In this document: piece by piece, positions 44,501 through 52,510 of the stretch | Layout: each line of letters starts with the position of its first letter | How positions within the stretch are numbered: the first letter of the stretch is position 1 | From: Acanthaster planci | Taxonomy: Eukaryota | Reading direction: 5' to 3' | Length of the DNA stretch: 64,000 bases | Assembly (NCBI RefSeq): GCF_001949145.1 | Contig: NW_019091355.1 | Coordinates: 556,083 to 620,082 of the forward strand | The notes under the pieces: model-generated | Told to the model about the DNA's origin: nothing | Databases searched by the model: none | What the model saw: the letters and a program-made list of their open reading frames with translations, nothing else | Translations under genes and position numbers: made by a program

Positions 44501-47500
44501 GTAGTTTATTGCCACTGTCTGAGCATGACTTGGAATGTATGGTCATTGCTTTATGTGATACTTATCAGTTGAAGAATGTTTTGAAGATGCAAAGATGGCA
44601 GCCAAAGTAGCATTGACAATGTGAAAAAAATGTTGTTTCTGTCTCTTTGCAGGGGCCACCTGGAGACAAGGGTGACACCGGTGACATCGGTCTTCCTGGA
44701 GAAAGAGGCTTGCCTGTAAGAAACATGAATTATTCATTGATTATTAATTTAAATGACTCAGAATTCAGAATATGTCATTGTTTTACTGACAATGCAGAAA
44801 CTGAACGCATTGCCTTTTGCTTTGTTTTGTGGCTGACATCTTTAGCCTGTCAGGTCTCAAATTGTGGCAGTGAGTAGGACCGTTCACATGACATTGTTTG
44901 TAGAGCTTTTATAGTAGTGATGTAGTTTGCATCATTTCATTTTTAACCTTTGCACCATCACTTTTCACATTGTAACTCTTCTCAAAGCTTCATGGCACTG
45001 TAGATTCTGTCCAGTCCGCAAAATGCTTCAAGAATATTAAAGTAGACACCCATAGATAAAGCATCCTTCACTTTGAGTGAAACTATTTTCCTGCGATAAA
45101 TTGCTGCCTACATGTATGTCCAATTCATAAGTGAACATAACTTCATCGTTTGCATATAGGTGAACTAAATCCACTGTGATGAAAGGCTGAATGTTAGAAC
45201 AGCAAGTTCCTGAAAATTACACTGAAAAAGTGAAAATTCAAAAACTCCCAGACTAATTTTAACAAAATAAAGACTTTTGATCTGTGTAATTTGTTGTATG
45301 CTTCGGACAGTGAATTAATGACACCAAATGTTGTTAGAAACAGAACTAGTTGTATAAACCAGTACATTGTCTCGGAAGACAAAAAAAGAAAATCAGTTAC
45401 GTTTAGATCAAGAAGAAAGATACATACAGGATGTGTCTCAAGCAACCAGAAGATCTGAGTTCAAATTAACAACCACAACAATTAGCCATCTCTGAATTGA
45501 ACCATTCATTAGCAGAGACAAGGAAAAACCTCTGCATTGACTAGACTAACTCTTGAAAGACGACTGCTTTTTTAGCCAGACATTTTGAGCCAGCCTGTAT
45601 TTTGTTCTCTAGGGAATGCGTGGCCCACGGGGCCAGAAGGGCGTCTTGGGCAAATCAGGGCGCAGGGGCAAGAGGGTACGTGGTAGCATGTGATGAGCAT
45701 GTGACCTCCCCACCCCCAAGGGCTGCTGAACCCTCCTAACGAGCATTAACTTGAGATGGAACGGCTCTGGTCTCTAGACCAACTTACTAACTAACTGTAA
45801 AAAGGAGATAAAGGAACATCAGTAATAGGACTCTATTAGCAAATAACTCAACTCAAAAGACTTCTATGACTTTCTGCTTTTAAAAAGCCAAACAAACAAA
45901 CAATGGCATGCATTCTGTATTCAGACAAAGGAGTGTAAATTAATAATAATACGGCAATGCTTGTGAGATGTAATCCATCTGCATTAAACTCCAATCAGGC
46001 ATAAGTCTGATACAGCACAAGTAAACATTTGTAGACACTTTGGCCATATTATTTATGGTTGGGAGATAGCTTTCTTGGGAGTTTATTATCTGGGTGTTTT
46101 CAATTACAAAAGGAAAATGCAGACATGCTTCTGCTCGAATTGAGAAAGTTGATGCTTGGAAACTAAAACGTTTTTGTTGAAATAATATGGCTTATTATAT
46201 CTGCAGGTATTGACACTCAAGAAGTACATATAAGTAGCAAGGAGGGATCAATGAAACACAGCCAGTCCAATATTGAACAAACTTGCAATTTGTTTTGACC
46301 CGAAAATTATAGTTTCATAAAATGTGCTGCAGTACTAACATTAAAATGCCAAATACTGATAGATAAAAATTGTACTAACAGAAGGACTAGCAGCCAGCTT
46401 TTATTAACAACATACATGTAGTCCACAGACTTTGTTATGAGTACACAAAAAAATCACTTCAGTATTAATAATGCTTTGAGTACCACAGTCTCTGGGTCTT
46501 GGTTGAGTACATTTCATCAGTACGATTAGGAGTCTGAGAAGAAGAACTCAGATACAAGTACGGATGCCACAACATGTCATGATGGCATTAGGGTTCATAA
46601 TAGGATCAATGAGCATGTGCTGATGATGGTTTGTAATAGTTTAAAAGTAGACAAACTATCAGAGTTATGGTTCTTAACTTCAAAAGGGGAAGAGGATTAA
46701 AAATAGACAGTTCGATGTTGACAAGTAAAGATAGCACAGGCGTTTTTAATTTGTAAAGAAATTTTTTGACACCAGTTAAGTTTTGCTTTCAGTGTTGTTT
46801 AGAATTTAAGCTTAGAACTTTTTTGTTTAAAAATTGGGTTTAGGAGCTTTTCAACTGAGTGTGCACAAAATGTGTGGAGTACAGCGGAGTGTCATCTGAC
46901 GAGAATGAATTTTACAGAAATGGCAGTGAAGTGATCATACTCAGAAGTGATTTTCATAGTTTGGCCACAAGAGGGCATTTCTTGCACGGAACCAATGAAG
47001 TCATGATTCCTTGCTAGTCATGTTGCCCCTTTTTTTCTGTAAAATACTCGCCTTAACATGAAGTAACTTCCTGCTGAATTTTGCTTTTTGCATGAATGTT
47101 TGTTTTGCCTAACATTCACTTTTCTCAGGTCTTAACCAGATGCATCTGGAAACACTATTGGTATTTCAAGCCAGACCCACATATGGAAATTAGCCATTAG
47201 TTTGGGTCTGCTTTGGTAAAATTTGTCTGTCTTGTTACTTTTGCAAACAGAGCTACATGTATGTGAAGTTAGTGGCCTGTAAAGTTTTATTTGTTTTAAT
47301 TTAACAAAAAGTAATTACATGTGCTTGGATTATGTGAATTACTTTTATAAGAAGAAAACCTGCAGGTCTAACTGCCTTTTCAAACATTTATTTATGGGGA
47401 TCAATGAACTGAGAATGGTAAGAGCTTTAGGATTTTGTTCAACATGGAAACATTGTTCCCTTTATTGCCTGCGCATTTATTTCTTCAACTTGAGGAAATG

Positions 47501-50500
47501 TAAAAGATGTTGCTTTGCAGTATCTTAAAGTTGTGGATGATTGCAAGAGGGAGTTAAATTGTGAGTTACATGAAATTAAGTCCAAAGATCATATTTAAAA
47601 ATTGCATTAAGAAGTTCCACATTCATGTTCAATCGTTAGATGTTCTCTCTCCCAAATATTTTTTTCTCAGGGTTTGAATGGAACAGCTGGGCGCGATGGT
47701 ATACCAGGCACACCAGGCCCTGAAGGGAAGAAGGGGGATGTAGGAGAGCAAGGCTTGCCTGGAATGAAGGGAGGGAAGGTATGACTGGAAGCTTGGAAAG
47801 GGTGAAAAATCAGGGTTGGTGTTGTCATTGGTTGGAGAGGATTTCTCCTCCCCATGTGTTTATATTATTAAACCATAGTTGTAAAAATACCAGTGGCCTG
47901 CATGCATTTTTGAATGATGCCAATCATGCTTGTTTCTGCCTTTGTTGTCTTTCTTCCTAAAGGTTGTGCAGGGTTTTGACGTAATTTTGTTTGCTGAAGT
48001 AATGGCTTGAATTTTCAGGATGAGATATCAAGGATTCTGGAGAATAACTTCGTTTTCTCTATTCCTGTAGGGTGATAGAGGAGAAAATGGCTTGAAGGGT
48101 GACATCGGGGTTCCAGGGGCAACAGGACCCCAGGTAGAAACTTCACCATGTCTCAGAACTAATCAATCTTTTTCTGTCCTACTAACATCACAGCTTGATT
48201 TTCATTGTTTCAAGTATAACATCATGTCTCCAAAAGTAGTTTATTGAATCAGAGCATTTTGTCAGCAACATGTAAGATCAATTTAACCAAGTGATTACTG
48301 TATGGCAAAAGCCTTATGAGTGGCTTATATGGTCCATATGTCAATCTCATTACTTGTTTATTGAAAAGTCAGTTAAAACAGTTACTTTGAGAAATTGGCT
48401 TAAAGCTCATGTTTTGAATTTTGGGGGGAAAAATGTCAGACATGGTAATATGTAAATTTCCCTCCTTCATTTTGTTGTCAATACATTGTCTCAATCTGTG
48501 GAAGTGCTTCTGTCTGAACTTATGTGAACTTTACATCATTATAAAACAGGGAGAAAAGGGCATGATGGGATTGCCTGGACCAAAGGGCATCATGGGAGGG
48601 CCTGGCACACCAGGAGAGAAAGGCAGCGATGGTCAGATTGGACCAATAGGATTGACTGTAGGTAGTCATGTGATCAAGCCAGACAATTGTGTACTAACAT
48701 TTATTTCTGCTTCTCCTGGCTGTAACCTTTTCAATTTAAGGGGAAAAATGTACTTTGTCAGTTTCCATTTAAAAGTTCTTTAACTGCTTTTGCTTGTTGC
48801 TTGATTCAATTATTTCATTCGTCAATGTGTTTCTAGGGTGAGAAAGGAGAAAAGGGAGATGCTGGGTTACCAGGTGAAACCGGGGCACCAGGCATGCAAG
48901 GTTTGGAGGTACACAGCATCAACTTCTTCAAATTTTTCTACAAATCAACAAATCTTCGAGTATTGTTTATTCATATGGTGTTTGTCTGTGTTACCAGGAA
49001 ATTTGCTGTCAAACAGACCAGGATAAACTGGTACAAATTTCTACATTTAGTTGGTAGCACACAGGTCTAAAATCTGAGTTAGCTAAAGATCGAGGATTGA
49101 GCGTCTACAAAGTAACTGACAGTCTGTGTGTGTAAATTGATATCTGAATGTAAAGGTGCTTCAGTCTTCCATTTGGTTTTCACAAGTGTTTGATAAATCC
49201 AGTGGAACTTTCAAAAGGAAAAATCTCTACGAAGAAAGAAAGGCATGTCCTCATTCTGTAGGTGACTTTGAGATACCACTCTCAGTGTTCTAGGTTTTTA
49301 CTGTGTTACTGTCTGAAACCCTTCCTCTTACTGATATTTTCTTGCAAAGTACCTTCATGAATCAGTTGATTGATTTGTTATAGGGTCTTAAAGGCACAGT
49401 AGGTCCCCCGGGTCCAGTCGGTCAGCAAGGCTTGAGTGGACCGCCCGGTCAGAAGGGAGAAAAAGGCTCTATCGGACTAAGCGGACCTGCTGTATGTAAA
49501 CAAGGCGTCATGTTCAATTATGTACTAACCCTCCACTCTAAAAATTCTAATATTTCTAATGTTTTTAGGGACGTGTTGAATTTTCATCTGCACTAATTTT
49601 TCCATTTTTTGTTCTACTGATCCAATATTTTCCAGTTGCTTTCATTAAATATTTTCCCTACTAATAGTTGTTTTCATGAATCATGTGCTATACACTAACA
49701 AGTTTCCTTCCTTCATTCTCTCTCCCCGAAGAATCAGCCACATGTCCTTTATTTTAATCATTTACTAACCATACTTTCTCTGTGTTAACCACAGTTATTT
49801 GTGTGTAATCAGCAGTGTTTTGTCCTGTCTTGTGCTCCGTATATTTTGTTGCTTCAGTCACAGATAATGTAAAGATTTTTTAAATAATTGTTGATGTTCC
49901 TCTATGAACAGAATGTTTTGATTTTCATTTCTGGTGCAAACCCATTTTAGAACTCAACCAAGTCATCTATTGCTAAGCATTGTACTGAACTTTGAACAGG
50001 TGACACAGGAATTACCCATGTTAAGCTGTCCAAATGTAAGCATGCATGGAAAATTGCCAGAGCCCAATTGAGGTAGTAGAAGTCCCTAGTTGAGCTCCAG
50101 CTGTTGAACATTTCCTTGCTTTACTCATTGACGTGCCAAGGGAGATGACACAACAGTGTACAATTTATGTATGCATATGTCACATACTTCTGCAGGGTAA
50201 TAAAGGAGAGACTGGAGAACGAGGTGAAGTTGGTCCAACAGGAGCTATGGTAAGCCGGGATGCCAGACCTCAGAATTGATATTTATAAGCCCCACCACAA
50301 TACTATACAGTGTCCTCATGAACGTAAACCGTTGTTGATTTTGGGTTATGCTTTTGTATCACTCAGGTGTTAAACTGTAACTTGATTCTAAATTGTGCAT
50401 GAACTAAACCAGTATGCAAAGAACTACCTTCCTTGGAATTTAATAAGACATACAATTTTGTGTGTGACAGGGCCCTGCTGGGGAGCCTGGCAGAATTGGC

Positions 50501-52333
50501 AGAGAAGGACCAAAGGGATCCTTGGTAAGACAGCCTTGTTTACTTTTTTTAAAAATAAGCACCCAAATAATAGATTGTTTTAAAGGTCACCTGACTTTTG
50601 TGCCAAGACCTTGCAGGGAGGTCCCATAAAATATAAAACCTCTTCCTCACAACACTGAAAGATAGTCACATGTAACTACATGCACTGCGTTTCAAGTGAT
50701 CTTTTGCTGTTACAAGCTTATTTGCTGATTACCCTGGTAACATTTGGTAACATAACAGCCTGGCAAACATTTTCATGGTATTAGAAAAGCCATGAAAATA
50801 GAATTTGAAACAATGTTTTTCCACAATTGAAGATGAAGTTTTCTACCTAACCCACTCTTTTTTGTATTCTTTCCTTTTTTATCAGGGCCCACCTGGTCAT
50901 CAGGGCGAAAAGGTGAGGACTGTCATCCAGATTTTTTGATGTTTTCATGAGTATGGAGCATTAGTCTTTTCTTGAATACCTTTTCTTTTTGAGGTGACAT
51001 TGATAGTTATTTTTGTGTTCATGAAAAATGTAAATTGCATAAAACCTTCTTTGACTCTGAGTTGCTTGGTCATTTTCTCAATGTGTGGTTTTTGATTTCT
51101 TTCCTTTTTTGATGTTGTTCCTTGTGGTAAAAATTGTGCTTTTGGTAACGTTGTGACATGATTGTAGGGTTCACAAGGCATTCAGGGTGAGCCAGGCCCC
51201 AGGGGTGAAAAGGGTGATCGTGGATTAAGAGGAGAACAGGTAAATCTCTTTGAAGATCCAGCATAACAGATCTTCAATATTAGGCTTTGTTCTTATGCTA
51301 AACATCAGTCTGTGCTGTGAACTTCAAGTGTCCTTTGAATGAAGTTGTGTTGATGATTGAGTTAACATTTCATTCTTTCAATCTCTGTTCGTTTTTGTTC
51401 GTAGTGTTGCATGACTTTCTAAAGTCCTGTTCTCGTCGCTTATTGCTTGACTTTTATACCTGATTTTGAGCAGGACAATTCAGTTACAAATTAAAAGATT
51501 ATTAAAAACAATTTTCAGGAAAATTAAGAGACTGTACCATAGGGGCCTTATGACACAGTGTAATCTCAAACCGTAATCAATGTGATGTTACAAGTCTGTT
51601 TTTATTGTCAAATGTAGGGTTCCAAAGGAAAGAGAGGGAGGAAGGGGGTCAAAGGTCAACCTGGTGATCCAGGACCCCCTGGTCTGGATGCGCCAGTACC
51701 CGTGGTGAGTCTCCTGAGTGGATCTGATCTTCAGTGCTGTCCGAAGACCAAATGAGTGACGGCCAACAGACAAGTTGTGAGACACAAATGGGTGTGACAG
51801 GGGGGAGGGGCTTGGAGGGGTGTGGTTTTACGTGGGCATATGGCTAGGACCGATGGGGTTGAGTTGAAGGGTGTGATTGGGGCTTGAAGGGGAAGGGGCT
51901 GAGGCTTGAATGAAGGGAGTGGCTGAAAGGCAGGAAGGGGTTTTTTGATTGAGGGGTGTCATATGGGTTTGAAGGGCGTGTGATGAAATGAATGTAGAGA
52001 ATTGATGGTTGTGATGAAGTTTGAAGGAGTTGGCTTGGGTTAGGAGATACAAAGCCTGGCTGTGCATGGAAGTACTTTTGGTTAAAAGGGTGTGACTGGG
52101 TATAAAGGCATGTTATTTGGCAGATTTAGGAAGATTTATCTGGAACAGGTGTGAACCTTGATTGAGTAGTGTGGAAGTTGACTTACTTGGACAAGCAAGA
52201 ATTGGAGATAGCACTGAGGGTATGCCTGGAAGTTTCTTTTGTTTTATGCCTGACAAATTCAATTTTTCCCCTGGTATTACTGCAGGGTTCAAATGGGTTA
52301 CCGCTACCAGAATGCTGCTACTACCAACCTTAG
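32475..52333 (+). CDS. Multi-exon MACIT-family transmembrane collagen (collagen XIII/XXIII/XXV-like), 5'-partial; 30 coding exons in window
   Basis: 30 GT-AG-flanked exons splice into one stop-free frame of 1943 nt plus 1 nt from an upstream exon (about 647 aa plus stop) of Gly-X-Y repeats. Terminal [19 protein letters not shown] resembles the MACIT NC4 motif GLDAPCPLGxDGLPxxGCW. The exon structure is read directly; the family assignment is from recalled sequence similarity. Confidence 0.88.
34490..34506 (+). CDS. Collagen microexon 2 (17 nt, phase 1-0): (G)STGFP
   Basis: tttctcttggcag acceptor, cct|gtgagt donor; needed to join the phase-1 exon 1 to the phase-0 exon 3. Confidence 0.8.
34634..34781. 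repeat. Intronic tandem repeat, about 2.8 x 53 bp
   Basis: gtttttgtcctttctgttgtaaagacaccag starts at 34634, 34687 and 34740. Confidence 0.95.
34914..34955 (+). CDS. Collagen exon 3 (42 nt): [14 protein letters not shown]
   Basis: tttccag / gtatgt, phase 0-0. Confidence 0.9.
35750..35894. repeat. Intronic tandem repeat, 4 x 36 bp (taggcacctttgtagatgtaaagacaggccagagac)
   Basis: Units start at 35750, 35786, 35822 and 35858. Confidence 0.95.
36125..36265 (+). CDS. Collagen exon 4 (141 nt): [47 protein letters not shown]
   Basis: ccacttag / gtgggg, phase 0-0. Confidence 0.93.
36340..36519. mobile_element. Probable MITE in the intron after exon 4
   Basis: Imperfect ~25-bp inverted ends (atctggttcgtgcgtg.. 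/ ..cacttacgaaccaaat); locally CpG-rich. Confidence 0.45.
36939..36965 (+). CDS. Collagen exon 5 (27 nt): GDLGSPGRS
   Basis: cattccag / gtaagc. Confidence 0.88.
37145..37189 (+). CDS. Collagen exon 6 (45 nt): [15 protein letters not shown]
   Basis: aatttag / gtaaga. Confidence 0.9.
37725..37778 (+). CDS. Collagen exon 7 (54 nt): [18 protein letters not shown]
   Basis: ctccaaacag / gtaagc. Confidence 0.92.
38216..38242 (+). CDS. Collagen exon 8 (27 nt): GPEGKRGEK
   Basis: ctttggtag / gtaggc. Confidence 0.88.
40255..40290 (+). CDS. Collagen exon 9 (36 nt): [12 protein letters not shown]
   Basis: ttttaaaatag / gtaggt. Confidence 0.9.
40544..40579 (+). CDS. Collagen exon 10 (36 nt): [12 protein letters not shown]
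   Basis: ttctttcag / gtgagt. Confidence 0.9.
40967..41041 (+). CDS. Collagen exon 11 (75 nt): [25 protein letters not shown] (includes non-collagenous interruption)
   Basis: tattgcag / gtaaaa. Confidence 0.88.
41386..41520 (+). CDS. Collagen exon 12 (135 nt): [45 protein letters not shown]
   Basis: ctttgcag / gtgagt; 15 perfect triplets. Confidence 0.94.
42652..42696 (+). CDS. Collagen exon 13 (45 nt): [15 protein letters not shown]
   Basis: ttttttcag / gtgagt. Confidence 0.92.
43068..43112 (+). CDS. Collagen exon 14 (45 nt): [15 protein letters not shown]
   Basis: cttttacag / gtgaga. Confidence 0.92.
43500..43604 (+). CDS. Collagen exon 15 (105 nt): [35 protein letters not shown]
   Basis: gtgttcag / gtaaac. 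Confidence 0.92.
44019..44081 (+). CDS. Collagen exon 16 (63 nt): [21 protein letters not shown]
   Basis: cttctccag / gtaaga. Confidence 0.93.
44341..44391 (+). CDS. Collagen exon 17 (51 nt): [17 protein letters not shown] (includes interruption)
   Basis: cctgtgaag / gtgaga. Confidence 0.85.
44653..44715 (+). CDS. Collagen exon 18 (63 nt): [21 protein letters not shown]
   Basis: ctctttgcag / gtaaga. Confidence 0.93.
45613..45675 (+). CDS. Collagen exon 19 (63 nt, highly basic, probable cassette exon): [21 protein letters not shown]
   Basis: ttctctag / gtacgt; 7 triplets. Confidence 0.9.
45686..45795 (+). promoter_or_regulatory. Rbfox-type GCAUG plus STAR/QKI-type motifs downstream of exon 19
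   Basis: GCATG at 45686 and 45697; CTAAC at 45736; overlapping ACTAACTAAC at 45786-45795. Confidence 0.55.
46962..46977 (+). promoter_or_regulatory. Candidate CTCF site
   Basis: TGGCCACAAGAGGGCA closely fits the CTCF core TGGCCACCAGRGGGCR; motif match only. Confidence 0.3.
47671..47778 (+). CDS. Collagen exon 20 (108 nt): [36 protein letters not shown]
   Basis: tttttctcag / gtatga. Confidence 0.94.
48071..48133 (+). CDS. Collagen exon 21 (63 nt): [21 protein letters not shown]
   Basis: ttcctgtag / gtagaa. Confidence 0.92.
48550..48657 (+). CDS. Collagen exon 22 (108 nt): [36 protein letters not shown]
   Basis: aaaacag / gtaggt. Confidence 0.93.
48837..48908 (+). CDS. Collagen exon 23 (72 nt): [24 protein letters not shown]
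   Basis: gtttctag / gtacac. Confidence 0.9.
49384..49491 (+). CDS. Collagen exon 24 (108 nt, probable cassette exon): [36 protein letters not shown]
   Basis: ttgttatag / gtatgt. Confidence 0.93.
49524..49769 (+). promoter_or_regulatory. Cluster of ACUAAY STAR/QKI-type splicing motifs downstream of exon 24
   Basis: ACTAAC at 49524, 49694 and 49764; ACTAAT at 49592 and 49660; extra CTAAT half-sites; too far from the next acceptor (50195) to be ordinary branch points. Confidence 0.6.
50196..50249 (+). CDS. Collagen exon 25 (54 nt): [18 protein letters not shown]
   Basis: cttctgcag / gtaagc. Confidence 0.93.
50471..50524 (+). CDS. Collagen exon 26 (54 nt): [18 protein letters not shown]
   Basis: gtgtgacag / gtaaga. 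Confidence 0.92.
50886..50912 (+). CDS. Collagen exon 27 (27 nt): GPPGHQGEK
   Basis: tttttatcag / gtgagg. Confidence 0.9.
51168..51239 (+). CDS. Collagen exon 28 (72 nt): [24 protein letters not shown]
   Basis: gattgtag / gtaaat. Confidence 0.92.
51618..51704 (+). CDS. Collagen exon 29 (87 nt): [29 protein letters not shown]
   Basis: aaatgtag / gtgagt; end of helix and start of NC4. Confidence 0.92.
52286..52333 (+). CDS. Collagen terminal coding exon: [15 protein letters not shown]
   Basis: tactgcag acceptor; matches the MACIT NC4 second half GxDGLPxxGC; TAG at 52331-52333. Confidence 0.85.
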   Translation, partial: GSNGLPLPECCYYQP

Positions 52334-52485
52334 AGGTCTCGAAATGTTTAGTCTGACATGAGGGCGCTGTTCAGCACCATACCAACTTATGGAACACCAG
52401 GCTGGTTCCTGCCATGTCATTTTTAGTACTACACTGTATGGATATGTACATATAGCAGATTTATAAGGGGAAAAAAAGAAACAAA

Positions 52486-52510
52486 AATAAACAGAAATAC
52501 TTATAATAAA
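52486..52510 (+). terminator. Candidate proximal polyadenylation signals (AATAAA at 52486 and 52505; another at 53328)
   Basis: Hexamers 150-180 nt after the stop codon, followed by a T-rich tract; usage unknown. Confidence 0.4.

Noticed and set aside
49569..49664. Acceptor followed by the hydrophobic frame [31 protein letters not shown] as an alternative membrane-anchored end
   Set aside because: Hydrophobic translation is expected from T-rich intron DNA and there is no independent support.
32475..52333. Fibrillar, type IV or cuticle collagen assignment
   Set aside because: No COLFI or type IV NC1 domain follows the helix. The short C-terminus fits MACIT NC4 instead.
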